A stretch of DNA of 64,000 bases from Planctomycetota bacterium (GTDB lineage: Bacteria; Planctomycetota; Phycisphaerae; Phycisphaerales; Phycisphaeraceae). The translations under genes were made by a program, and so were the position numbers. Positions within the stretch are counted from its first letter, which is position 1. Every line of letters starts with the position of its first letter. Below are positions 27,052-36,310 of the stretch, in pieces. The notes under the pieces are model-generated. The model did not search any database, had not been told where the DNA came from, and worked only from the letters and a program-made list of their open reading frames with translations. The DNA is taken from the NCBI GenBank assembly GCA_021413865.1, contig JAIOPN010000006.1, forward strand, positions 41,409 through 105,408. Reading direction: 5' to 3'.

Positions 27052-28254
27052 TCACCGCAGCACCGGCAAGCAGGACGGCCCCAGCGGCTCGAAGGTCTTG
27101 TAGGTCAGGATGAACTCCTGGTGGCCGAGCGATTCGCTGCACGTTTTTTCGCCGGCGGCGGTGCTGAGGATTTTCTCGTACAGCTCCCGGCCGACCTCGG
27201 CCAGCGTGCCGCGGTTTTCGAGGATGCGGCCGGCATCGATGTCCATGTCGTCGCTCATGCGGCGGTAGGTCTGCGGGTTGGCGCAGACCTTGATCACCGG
27301 GCTGATCGCCGAACCGACCACGCTCCCCCGGCCGGTGCTGAAGAGGATCACGTGCGAGCCCGAGGCGATCAGCTCGACGATCTCGGCGTTGTCGGAGATG
27401 TTGGGGAATCCGAAGCGCACCTCGCCGTCGGGCACGACGTCCATGAGATAAAGCCCCGGCGCGGGGGGGATGTCGGCGGGCTTGATCAGGCCGGAGATCG
27501 GCCGTGTGCCGCTCTTGGAATAAGCGCCCAGCGATTTCTCCTCGATCGTGGTGAGCCCGCCCTCGGCGTTGCCGGCGGCGAAGGAGCTGTGGCCGAGCGT
27601 CTCGTAGTAGTTCGCCGCCTTGGCGACGCACTCGATGATGATCTGCCCGAGCTCGGGCGTCGCGGCGCGGCCTGCCATGTGGTGCTCGCAGCCGAACAGC
27701 TCGCCGGTCTCCTCGAAGATCGACGTGCCTCCCGCGTCCACGAGCAGGTCGCTCGCCTCGCCGATCACGGGGTTGGCGGTCAGCCCGCTGGTGGCGTCGG
27801 AGCCGCCGCAGATGGTGCCGATGATGAGGTCGCCGGGTATGACCTCGACGCGCGGGACGGATCGCACCTGGGGGACGATGCTCTCGATCCAGCGCACGCC
27901 CGCGTCGATGGTGCGGCGGGTGCCGCCGGTCTCCTGGATGATCTCGAGCCCCACGGGCCGGCCGGAGTCGGCGATGGCGCGCATCAGCTCCGTGCGGTTG
28001 AAGCACTCGCAGCCCAGCGAGACGAGCAGCGCCCCGCCGACGTTGGGGTGCGTGCAGAGGGCCTTCATCACCTTGGTGGCATAGACGTTCGGGTAGCAGC
28101 CGGGGAAGCCGATGAGGTGGACGTCGATGTCCGGCCTGCGGCGGAAGTGCTGGGTGATCTCGCGGGCGACGTGGTGGGCGCATTCGACGAGGTAGGCGAC
28201 GACGACGACGTTGCGGATGCCCTTTCGGCCGTCGGATCGGAGATAACCTTGCAT
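27052..28254 (-). CDS. UxaA-family dehydratase, large (C-terminal) subunit
   Basis: MQGYLRSDGRKGIRN... LGCECFN... typical of altronate/galactarate dehydratase C-terminal domains. ATG at 28254 or 28275. Confidence 0.8.
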   Translation of the reverse strand: MQGYLRSDGRKGIRNVVVVAYLVECAHHVAREITQHFRRRPDIDVHLIGFPGCYPNVYATKVMKALCTHPNVGGALLVSLGCECFNRTELMRAIADSGRPVGLEIIQETGGTRRTIDAGVRWIESIVPQVRSVPRVEVIPGDLIIGTICGGSDATSGLTANPVIGEASDLLVDAGGTSIFEETGELFGCEHHMAGRAATPELGQIIIECVAKAANYYETLGHSSFAAGNAEGGLTTIEEKSLGAYSKSGTRPISGLIKPADIPPAPGLYLMDVVPDGEVRFGFPNISDNAEIVELIASGSHVILFSTGRGSVVGSAISPVIKVCANPQTYRRMSDDMDIDAGRILENRGTLAEVGRELYEKILSTAAGEKTCSESLGHQEFILTYKTFEPLGPSCLPVLR

Positions 28255-28359
28255 GTCGGGCTCCTTGTCGTTCAATCGGGGGCGAATATAAAGAAGAGAA
28301 TGAGGAAGACCCCGGCGACTCGCGGACTCGTCATCGGGCGTGGCTGAAGAGCAAAAGAA

Positions 28360-28674
28360 TCATTTGGCGAACATCCGGTTGCTGCCGTCCTTGCCGAAGG
28401 TGGGGATGTAGTCGCTCTTGATGTTGTGGACGTGGACGTGCTCGCCGACGGCGATGTCGCGGGTGGCCGAGCCGATGGGGGCGCCGTACTTGACGATTTT
28501 TTCGCCGGAGCGGATCGGGCGGACGGCGACCTTGTGGCCGAAGGGGATGTCTTTATCGAGCCGGACGGCCGCGCCGCGCAGCGAGACGGCCGTGCCCGAG
28601 GGGACGGCCCGGATCGCGGTGCCGACGTTGTCGGAGGCGGAGAGGATGAGGATGGGGTTGTCGGTGTCGCTCAT
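28360..28674 (-). CDS. UxaA-family dehydratase, small SAF-domain subunit
   Basis: ILSASDNVGTA... IPFGHKVAV... GEKIVKYG. ATG at 28674 overlaps the upstream stop (TGATG). Confidence 0.75.
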   Translation of the reverse strand: MSDTDNPILILSASDNVGTAIRAVPSGTAVSLRGAAVRLDKDIPFGHKVAVRPIRSGEKIVKYGAPIGSATRDIAVGEHVHVHNIKSDYIPTFGKDGSNRMFAK

Positions 28675-29318
28675 CAGAACTTGCCGTATTCGAGGTAGGC
28701 CGCCTGCGGATCGACGCCGCGGAGGATCGCCTTGCGGACGAGGTTTTCGGTGCGCATGACCCGCTCGGTGCGGGCGACGACCTCTTCGAGCTCGCGGTCG
28801 GGGATGAGGACGATGCCGTCGCGGTCGGCGAAGGCCCAGTCTCCCGAGCGGACCTCGACGCCGCCGATGGTGACGGGCTCGCCGAAGCTCTCGGGCTTCC
28901 AGCCGCCGACAACGTCCACGGGGGTGAAGTACCGGCACCAGACGGGGAACCCGAGGCGGAGGATCGCCTCGGTGTCGCGGCAGCCGCCATCGACGATGTA
29001 GCCCTTGACGCCCTTGAACTGCATGGTCTCGGCGGAGAGCTCGCCCATGTGGGCCATGGTGGAGTCGTTGGGCTGGCAGACCACGACGCTGGCGGGCGGC
29101 GCTTTGGACAAGAGACCGGTCCACTGCAGGAGGCTGTCGTGGGCCGAGATGCTCGGGTCGGGCCGGCCGGAGACGGTGAAGACCTTGCCGGCGAACTTCC
29201 GCGCCGGGTCGAGCGGGCGGAGGTTGTGCGGCAGGATGCACTGCCTGCGCCCCATGTCGCGGAGCACGTCGAAGACCGCGCCGGTGTAACACTGTTCGAG
29301 TCGTGAGGGCAGGTTCAT
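28674..29318 (-). CDS. RraA-family protein (2-keto-acid aldolase-like)
   Basis: GELSAETMQFKGVKGYIVDGGCRD, GDWAFADRDGIVLIP. Confidence 0.8.
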   Translation of the reverse strand: MNLPSRLEQCYTGAVFDVLRDMGRRQCILPHNLRPLDPARKFAGKVFTVSGRPDPSISAHDSLLQWTGLLSKAPPASVVVCQPNDSTMAHMGELSAETMQFKGVKGYIVDGGCRDTEAILRLGFPVWCRYFTPVDVVGGWKPESFGEPVTIGGVEVRSGDWAFADRDGIVLIPDRELEEVVARTERVMRTENLVRKAILRGVDPQAAYLEYGKF

Positions 29319-29324
29319 GCGGGT

Positions 29325-30383
29325 TTACCGGGGGATGGGCGTGGCGCCGTGGGCGTCGGATTCGTGGCACGCCTCGACGAGGGCCATGGTGCGGTAGGCG
29401 TCCTCGACGGCCGTGTGCAACACTCTATCCTCGCCGGCGACGAAGCGTTGGAGGTTGGACATGGTTCCCTTGAACGCGTCGGGGAACCAGGACCCCTTGA
29501 GGGGGACGCGTTTCCACTTGTGGCCGCCGGTGTTGATCTCCAGCCAGTCCGGCTCGCCGCGCGGGTAGTTCATGTTCACGCCCAGCGAGCCGACGGCCGC
29601 GCCGCGCGTCCCCTCGACGCGGACGGTCGCGCACTGGTGGCGGGGGCCGAAGACGTGGGCGTGGTTGACGGACATGGCGCAGCGGATGTCGTCGCCGTAG
29701 TCGAGGATGGCGGTGGTGCGCGAACTGGCGAGCTTCGGGTGGGCCGGGTGCTTGACGGTGCGGGCGTAAACGCCGGTCGGGTCGCCCAGAACGGAGCGGA
29801 ACCAGTCCAGGTAGTGGATCGAGTGGACGAGGATTTCCACGCGGTCGAGCTTCTGGAGGAAGGGCCAGAGCTGCCAGGGGGTCTCGTAGTTGAGGTGCAT
29901 CTCGACCTCGATGACACGGCCGAGCAGGCCGCGGGCGATGGCGTCGCGGATGGCGAGCATCATGGGGCTGTAGCGGAGCTGGAAGTTGACGGCCGCGGTG
30001 ATGCGGCGGGAGCGGCAGGCGGCGCGGATTTGTTTGGCCTCGGCGAGGTTTCGCCCCATGGGCTTCTGGAGCAGCGCCGCCGACCCGCGTGGCAGTCTTT
30101 TCACGAGTGCCACAAGCTCGGCGGGGGGGACCGCCACGTCGAACACCACGCCCCGCTGCGCCAAAGCCTCGTCGAGCGAGGTGAAGACGCGCGGCAGTTT
30201 CCAGCGCTCGGCCGTCGCGCGGGCGCGGGCCTGGTCGGGGTCGTACACACCCGCGAGGGGCAGGCGTAGCTTGCGGTAGGCGGGGATATGGGCGTCGTTG
30301 ACGATGCCTCCGCCGCCCAGGAAAACGATTGGCTGCGGCCGGGTGGGGCGGGGCCATGATTGGTTCAACGCCGTGCGATTCAT
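29325..30383 (-). CDS. Gfo/Idh/MocA family oxidoreductase
   Basis: IVFLGGGGIVNDAHIPAY... ATG confirmed at 30383. Confidence 0.8.
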   Translation of the reverse strand: MNRTALNQSWPRPTRPQPIVFLGGGGIVNDAHIPAYRKLRLPLAGVYDPDQARARATAERWKLPRVFTSLDEALAQRGVVFDVAVPPAELVALVKRLPRGSAALLQKPMGRNLAEAKQIRAACRSRRITAAVNFQLRYSPMMLAIRDAIARGLLGRVIEVEMHLNYETPWQLWPFLQKLDRVEILVHSIHYLDWFRSVLGDPTGVYARTVKHPAHPKLASSRTTAILDYGDDIRCAMSVNHAHVFGPRHQCATVRVEGTRGAAVGSLGVNMNYPRGEPDWLEINTGGHKWKRVPLKGSWFPDAFKGTMSNLQRFVAGEDRVLHTAVEDAYRTMALVEACHESDAHGATPIPR

Positions 30384-30489
30384 GCGTTTCACGAGTGCGA
30401 CTGTAATGGCGGGGGTGCGTGGATTCAATGCCGCGGGAGAAACGCGGGCGTCTCGGCTATCATCCACCTACGGGAGTCTGTGAGGATCA

Positions 30490-31497
30490 ATGCCTGAACA
30501 GCTAATCGGATCAGGGACGGCCGACTACCTTCCAGGTGAGGGCGCGGTCCCTCATAGCGTTGTAACGCCTGCTCCATCGCACCCCAAACGCCTCGGCAGA
30601 CCGGCGGGCACGACCCACCAGATCGTCTGGCGTTATGTCATCCCCATCACCACGATTCACCTGCTCGCGTTCGTCGTCTTCATCCCCCGGCTCTTCAGTT
30701 GGTCGGGCCTCGCGCTGCTGGTCGTGGGCATCTCGGTCTTCGGCAGCGGCATCAACATCGGCTACCACCGCCTGCTGACGCACCGCAGCTTCAAGTGCCC
30801 CGAGTGGGTCGAGCGCTGCTTCGTCATCCTGGCGGTCTGCTGCATGCAGGACGCGCCGGCCACGTGGGTGGCCACCCACCGCCTGCACCACAAGGATTCC
30901 GACGACACCCCCGACCCCCACAGCCCTCTGGTCGGATTCTGGTGGAGCCACATCGGCTGGTCGTTCCTCGAAAACCGCGACATCAACAACGCCGCCACCT
31001 ATGAGCGCTACGCGAGGGACATCCTCCGCAAGCCGTTCTACCTCTGGCTGCAGCGCGGCATCGCGACGCTCTGGGTTTACCTCGCGCAGGTCCTGGTGTT
31101 TTTCGCCGTCGGGTTCCTTGTGGGCTGGCTGACCAACGGCGCCGCGGCGGGCGTGCGGCTGGGGCTGAGCTGGGTGGCGTGGGGCGTCATCCTCCGCACA
31201 GTCGTCGTCTGGCACCTCACGTGGTCGGTCAATTCCCTCTCGCACATGTTCGGCTACCGCACCCACGAGACCGGCGAGCAGAGCCGCAACAACTGGCTCG
31301 TCGCCCTGGGCACCAACGGCGAAGGCTGGCACAACAACCACCACGTCAGCCCCAACAGCGCCACCAACTGGCACCGCTGGTGGGAAGTGGACCTCACCTA
31401 CGTCGTGATCCGCATCCTGGAATTGCTCGGCCTGGCGAGCGACGTGATCCGTCCGACGCGGCTGCTGAGCAAGCACAAAGATAAAAACGCTGCATGA
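30490..31497 (+). CDS. Acyl-CoA/lipid delta-9-type fatty acid desaturase
   Basis: His boxes HRLLTHRS, HRLHHKDSD, WHNNHH. Confidence 0.85.
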   Translation: MPEQLIGSGTADYLPGEGAVPHSVVTPAPSHPKRLGRPAGTTHQIVWRYVIPITTIHLLAFVVFIPRLFSWSGLALLVVGISVFGSGINIGYHRLLTHRSFKCPEWVERCFVILAVCCMQDAPATWVATHRLHHKDSDDTPDPHSPLVGFWWSHIGWSFLENRDINNAATYERYARDILRKPFYLWLQRGIATLWVYLAQVLVFFAVGFLVGWLTNGAAAGVRLGLSWVAWGVILRTVVVWHLTWSVNSLSHMFGYRTHETGEQSRNNWLVALGTNGEGWHNNHHVSPNSATNWHRWWEVDLTYVVIRILELLGLASDVIRPTRLLSKHKDKNAA

Positions 31498-31511
31498 GCC
31501 GGTCGCTCCGT

Positions 31512-31598
31512 GTAGGGTGGTGCTGAGTCTTCGAAGCCCACCGTTTGCGTATTCGGTCGCCAAAGATGGTGGGCTTCGAAGACTAAGCACCACCCTAC
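31512..31598. repeat. Palindromic REP-like element, family 1 (GTAGGGTGGTGCTGAGTC...GCACCACCCTAC)
   Basis: Imperfect 87-nt hairpin between convergent genes. A second copy lies at 34644. Confidence 0.8.
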
Positions 31599-31615
31599 GG
31601 GATTAGGCCGGTACA

Positions 31616-32383
31616 TCAACTCGGCAGCCCGAGGATCAGCCGCCGCGGGGCGGTGATGGTCATCAGGTCGAGCATCTCCGCGCCGAACTCCTGCTCGAAG
31701 AGCTGCACGCCGTCGAGCCTCGCGTCGAGCGATTCGGGCCTGTGCATGTCCAGGCTCATGAGGTTGTAGCGGCGCTGCTTGCTCCACTGGCGGATGAAGA
31801 GGTCGGCGTGGAAGCCCTCCTGGCCGGTCATGCACTGGAAGTTGCCCTGGAGCCAGACGCCGATGGTCGCCATCTCGCGCATGCGCTCGTCGAGCTCCTT
31901 GGTGCACTTGAGCCGCTCGGGGTGGGCGAGGATGGGCTGGTACCCGCGCGTGCGCAGCCACTGGAAGATCGGGTTGACCCACTTGGGCCAGCGGTCGGCC
32001 CAGAAATCCACCAGCACGCAGCGGCCGCCCGCGAGCGTGGGGATTTCCCGGTCTTTGTAATAGTCGATGAACTTCTCGAACAGCCGCAGCTCGCCGCCCG
32101 GCCAGACGCGGTAGGGGATGCCCTCGTTGTCCAGCGTCTGCTGCATGGTGCGCGTCCACTCGCGCACGTTGACGGCGTTGTTGATCGCGTAGGCCTCGTG
32201 CCAGATATGCGGGGTGCAGACGGTGCCGACGTAGCCCAGCTTGATGAGCCGGTGGATGCACTCGAGGGATTCATCCACGTCCTGGCAGCCGTCGTCCACG
32301 CCGGGCAAGAGGTGGCTGTGGATGTCGATCCGCCCCGGCGGGGGAGGTGTGCCAATGTTCGGGCTGGTCGGTGCGGTGGACAT
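31616..32383 (-). CDS. PHP-domain protein-tyrosine phosphatase (CpsB/YwqE-like)
   Basis: IDIHSHLLPGVDDG... TPH... HPER. Confidence 0.75.
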   Translation of the reverse strand: MSTAPTSPNIGTPPPPGRIDIHSHLLPGVDDGCQDVDESLECIHRLIKLGYVGTVCTPHIWHEAYAINNAVNVREWTRTMQQTLDNEGIPYRVWPGGELRLFEKFIDYYKDREIPTLAGGRCVLVDFWADRWPKWVNPIFQWLRTRGYQPILAHPERLKCTKELDERMREMATIGVWLQGNFQCMTGQEGFHADLFIRQWSKQRRYNLMSLDMHRPESLDARLDGVQLFEQEFGAEMLDLMTITAPRRLILGLPS

Positions 32384-32400
32384 CGTGCGGCGTTATTCCT

Positions 32401-33696
32401 TTATTCGGCGACGCGTCGGCCCAGCGTGAGGTTGTCGATCGGCAGGCCCATCAAATGGAACCGCACCATCTGCATCGCCGACTTGGCGGCACGGTCGCGC
32501 ACGATCTCACGCACGTTGCCCAGGTCGAACCTCATCGCGTCCGTGTGCGTTTCCTTTTTCCCGTTCCGCCAGGCGACGGCGATCCAGACCAGCCCGACCG
32601 GTTTCTCGGCCGTCCCGCCGTCGGGCCCGGCGATGCCGGTGATCCCCACCGCGATGTCGGCCCCCGCGTGCGCCAGCGCCCCGGCCGCCATCGCCCGCGC
32701 CACCGGCTGGCTCACCGCCCCGTGCTTCTTGAGCAACTCCTCGGGCACGCCGAGCTGCTTCACCTTCATCTCGTTGGAATAGGTGATCCACCCGCCCAGG
32801 TACGCCGCGCTGGAGCCGGCCACGTCCGTCACCTGCTTGCCCAGCAGGCCGCCGGTGCAGCTCTCCGCCGTCGCCAGCGTGCTCTTTTTTTCCTTCAGCA
32901 GCGCGATCAGGGAGTCCTGCAGACCCGCCTCGCCCCGGCCGTAAACGTAATGGCCCAGGCAGGCCTCCGCCTGGCGCACGGTGTCGTCCATCTCCCGCTG
33001 CGCCTGCGCCGGGTCGTTGAACTCGGCGCGGACGCGCACGCTCACCACGCCGCCCGCCACCGTGGTGCCGACGATCGGGTTGCGCTTGCGGTCCATCAGC
33101 GGGCCGAGTTTTTCCGCGACGGTCGATTCCCCAAGGCCGAACGTGCTGATCTTCTGCGTCAGGATCACGCCGCGCTTGGGGCCGAGTTTCGCGATGAGCG
33201 GGGCGATGGTCAGCTCCCACATGGCGACCATCTCGCTGGGCACGCCGGGCGTGACGTAGATGGTGGCGTTGTGCAGCACGGCATGGATGCCCGGGGCGGT
33301 GCCGCAGGAGTTGGGGATGATCGCCGTACCGCGCGGGTGCATCGCCTGCACCTTGTTGCGGTCGGGCATCGTCCTGCCGCGCCGCTCGAACATGGCGCGG
33401 ATCGCCGACACGCTCGCGTCGTCGAGCACGAGGTCCACTCCCATTGCGTCTGCCAGCGCCTCGCGCGTCAGGTCGTCGTCCGTCGGCCCCAGGCCGCCGG
33501 TGACGATGATCAGCGGCGCCGACTGTGCCGCCCGGTCGATCGCCTTCGCAATGGCCGACCGGTCGTCCGCGATGGTCTGGTGGTAGAGCGTGCCGATCCC
33601 CATCCGCACCAGGTCGGCGCTGAGGTAGGCGCTGTTCGTATCGACGGTCTGGCCCAGGACCAGTTCGTCACCGATGGAGAGGATCACTGCCTGCAT
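32401..33696 (-). CDS. cinA: CinA family protein (competence/damage-inducible; NMN amidohydrolase domain)
   Basis: MQAVILSIGDELVLGQTVDTNSAYL... TGGLGPTDDDLT... ESCTGG. ATG confirmed at 33696. Confidence 0.85.
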   Translation of the reverse strand: MQAVILSIGDELVLGQTVDTNSAYLSADLVRMGIGTLYHQTIADDRSAIAKAIDRAAQSAPLIIVTGGLGPTDDDLTREALADAMGVDLVLDDASVSAIRAMFERRGRTMPDRNKVQAMHPRGTAIIPNSCGTAPGIHAVLHNATIYVTPGVPSEMVAMWELTIAPLIAKLGPKRGVILTQKISTFGLGESTVAEKLGPLMDRKRNPIVGTTVAGGVVSVRVRAEFNDPAQAQREMDDTVRQAEACLGHYVYGRGEAGLQDSLIALLKEKKSTLATAESCTGGLLGKQVTDVAGSSAAYLGGWITYSNEMKVKQLGVPEELLKKHGAVSQPVARAMAAGALAHAGADIAVGITGIAGPDGGTAEKPVGLVWIAVAWRNGKKETHTDAMRFDLGNVREIVRDRAAKSAMQMVRFHLMGLPIDNLTLGRRVAE

Positions 33697-33786
33697 GGGC
33701 CGGATTGTAGCCAAGCCCGGGCACGAGTCCGCGGGTGCCGGGGGTCTTCTCCCGAAAAAATCCCCCCGTTCCCTATAATCCCCGCC

Positions 33787-34647
33787 ATGAGTCCAACCCC
33801 GATCCTCCTCGACGGCAAGACCGTCTCGCAACAGGTGCTCGACGCCTGCGCCGCGCGCGTGCGCTCTATCATCGACCGTACAAAGGTCACGCCCTGTCTG
33901 GCGACCGTTCTCGTCGGCGAAGACCCGGCGTCGGCGACCTACGTGAAGATGAAGGGCAAGCGCTGCGAGGCCGTGGGCATGAAATCCCTCCGCATCGAGC
34001 TGCCCGCCGCCACGACCACCGACCAGCTCGTCGCGCGGCTGCGCGAGCTGGGCGCGGACCCCGGCGTGCACGGCATCCTGCTCCAGCACCCGGTCCCGCA
34101 CCATATCAACGAGCGCGCCGCCTTCGAGGCCATCCCCGCCGCCAAGGACGTCGATGGCGTGACCATCCAGAGCTTCGGGGCGATCTCGTTCGGCCTGCCG
34201 CACGCGGGCTACGGCTCCTGCACCCCCGCCGGCATCATGCGTCTGCTCGAAGCCTACAAGGTCCCTGTCACCGGCAAACACGCGGTCGTCGTCGGCCGCA
34301 GCCCGATCCTGGGCAAGCCGATGGCGATGATGCTGCTCGCCGCCGACGCCACCGTCACCATCTGCCACTCACGCACGAAAGACCTGCCCGGCATGGTGGC
34401 GCAGGCGGACATCGTCGTCGCCGCCATCGGCAAGGCGCGGTTCATCAAGGGGGCATGGATCAAGCCCGGCGCGGTGGTGGTGGACGCGGGGTACAACGCG
34501 GGGAACGTCGGAGACGTGGAATACGAGGAGGCCGCTGCGCGGGCGTCGATGATCACCCCCGTCCCCGGCGGCGTGGGGCCGATGACCATCGCCACGCTGA
34601 TCGACCAGACGGCGATCGCGGCGGCGCGGCAGTTGGGGGTCTTGTAG
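33787..34647 (+). CDS. folD: Bifunctional methylenetetrahydrofolate dehydrogenase/cyclohydrolase
   Basis: LATVLVGEDPASATYVKMK, VVVGRSPILGKPMAMMLL, TPVPGGVGPMT. Only the last 287 codons of the 766-aa listed ORF are used. Confidence 0.92.
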   Translation: MSPTPILLDGKTVSQQVLDACAARVRSIIDRTKVTPCLATVLVGEDPASATYVKMKGKRCEAVGMKSLRIELPAATTTDQLVARLRELGADPGVHGILLQHPVPHHINERAAFEAIPAAKDVDGVTIQSFGAISFGLPHAGYGSCTPAGIMRLLEAYKVPVTGKHAVVVGRSPILGKPMAMMLLAADATVTICHSRTKDLPGMVAQADIVVAAIGKARFIKGAWIKPGAVVVDAGYNAGNVGDVEYEEAAARASMITPVPGGVGPMTIATLIDQTAIAAARQLGVL

Positions 34648-34739
34648 GGTGGTGCTGAGTCCGCGAAGCCCACCATCTTGTTTTGTTGCCCGTTCGAGCA
34701 CCAAAGATGATGGGCTTCGCGGACTCAGCGCCACCCTAC
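34644..34739. repeat. Palindromic REP-like element, family 1, second copy
   Basis: GTAGGGTGGTGCTGAGTCCGCGAAGCCCACCATC...GATGGGCTTCGCGGACTCAGCGCCACCCTAC. It overlaps the folD stop codon. Confidence 0.8.
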
Positions 34740-34783
34740 CTGTTGATCTCCTTTTACCGCCCCCTCTCCGCTACACTGATCCC

Positions 34784-35365
34784 ATGAGCCAGTTCAACGC
34801 ACCCGCCTACGACATCGCCCGGCCGACCGGGGAGTGCGCCTTCACCGGACGCAAGCTCGCCCCGGGTGAGCATTACATGGCCGTGCTCGTCGAGATCGAT
34901 CCCTCCGCCGAGCCCGTGGTCCCAGCGACGGCCAAGCCCGGCGCGGCCGCCGCCGCGGCGCTGGGCTTCAAACGCATCGACGTCTCGGTCGAGGCGTGGG
35001 AGCAGGGCAGCCGGCCCGAGCGCGTGTTCAGCTTTTGGCGGTCCACCGTTCCCGAACCCAACGCCAAGAAAAAACTCTTCGTCAGCGACGAGGTGCTGGT
35101 CAACATCTTCCGCCGTCTGAGCGACGCCGAGCAGGCCGACCGCCAGGCGTTCCGGTTCGTGCTCGGCCTGATCCTCATGCGCAAGCGTCTGCTCCGCTAC
35201 GACGGCTCGGAGCGCAGCGGCGAGGGCGAGACCGCGCTGGAGCACTGGCTCGTCGTCCCGCGTGGGGAGGCGGAGCCGATCCGCCTGCTCAACCCGCACC
35301 TGGACGACGCCCGGATCCAGCAGGTGACGGAACAGTTGAGCGAGGTGCTGGAAGCCGAGCTGTGA
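34784..35365 (+). CDS. Hypothetical protein
   Basis: Coding-like composition. ATG confirmed at 34784. No family recognised. Confidence 0.6.
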   Translation: MSQFNAPAYDIARPTGECAFTGRKLAPGEHYMAVLVEIDPSAEPVVPATAKPGAAAAAALGFKRIDVSVEAWEQGSRPERVFSFWRSTVPEPNAKKKLFVSDEVLVNIFRRLSDAEQADRQAFRFVLGLILMRKRLLRYDGSERSGEGETALEHWLVVPRGEAEPIRLLNPHLDDARIQQVTEQLSEVLEAEL

Positions 35366-35379
35366 CCCCGCGCTTCTCC

Positions 35380-36261
35380 ATGCTTTGCCTGTGCGTGGTG
35401 GTGGCGGCCACCTCCGGCTGCACCGGGGCGGGCGGGCCGACCCAGACCCGAACCACGATCCCTTCCGCACCGTTGCCGACGTATGCCGAGGCGGTGCGTC
35501 GCTACAACGACAACGCCCGCAAGATCGACCGCATCTGGTCGCGCGCCGTGGCGACCATCGAGTGGACCGATCTAAAGGATAAACGCAGGGTCGAGCAGGG
35601 GGACGACTGCTTCGTGGTGTATGTCGCGCCGGACCACTTCGCGTTGTCGGTCGGGAAACTCGGGACGACGCTGATGTGGGCCGGCTGCGACGCCGAGCGA
35701 TACTGGGTGATCGACGCGCAGGAGCCGAGGCAGGCCTACGTCGGTCGCCGCGCGAACGTCGGCAGGGAATGCACCGACCCGCTGCCGATGATCGGCGGGG
35801 TGAACCCGCGCGACGTGATGCGGCTGATGGCCGTGGAGCCGATCGACCCGGGTGCGGTCCCCGTGGCTCCGACGGTGGAATGGCACGAGGGGCGATGGAT
35901 GATCGAGCCGCCGGGCGCGTCCACGCGGCTGCACATCGACCCGGCCACCGGGCTGGCCACGCGCATCGACCTGCTTGACGCGGCGGGCCGGTCGCGGTTG
36001 ATCTGTAAATTGTCGAACCCCGTCGTGATCGAGTCGCACATCGTCCCCGCCGGCGGCCCGGCGAAGCTCGCCGGACGCATGGAGATCGAGCTGCCCGACG
36101 GCTCGGGTTCGGTCCGCCTGACGATCTCCAGCCCCGGCGACGGCCGCGCCGACGACCGCATCGATGAACGCTTGTTCGATTTCGACCGCATCCGCCGCGT
36201 CTTCAAGATCGGCGACGACGCGACGACGCTGCTGGATCACGATTGCGATTCCGCCCCATAG
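35380..36261 (+). CDS. Hypothetical lipoprotein
   Basis: Lipobox VAATSGC. The start is ATG 35380 or GTG 35362, which overlaps the upstream stop. Confidence 0.6.
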   Translation: MLCLCVVVAATSGCTGAGGPTQTRTTIPSAPLPTYAEAVRRYNDNARKIDRIWSRAVATIEWTDLKDKRRVEQGDDCFVVYVAPDHFALSVGKLGTTLMWAGCDAERYWVIDAQEPRQAYVGRRANVGRECTDPLPMIGGVNPRDVMRLMAVEPIDPGAVPVAPTVEWHEGRWMIEPPGASTRLHIDPATGLATRIDLLDAAGRSRLICKLSNPVVIESHIVPAGGPAKLAGRMEIELPDGSGSVRLTISSPGDGRADDRIDERLFDFDRIRRVFKIGDDATTLLDHDCDSAP

Positions 36262-36286
36262 CCCCGGCCCGGCCGGGGGCTATGGG
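36254..36286. terminator. Hairpin CCCCATAGCCCCGG-cccgg-CCGGGGGCTATGGG between convergent genes
   Basis: Read directly. The stem uses the outer 14 nt of repeat family 2. Confidence 0.5.
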
Positions 36287-36310
36287 AAAGGCGCGTAGGG
36301 GATACCGCGC

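Noticed and set aside
32347-33786. N-terminal 480 codons of the 766-aa ORF that ends as folD
   Set aside because: This part is antisense to cinA, which has strong motifs. The folD homology begins only at the ATG at 33787.
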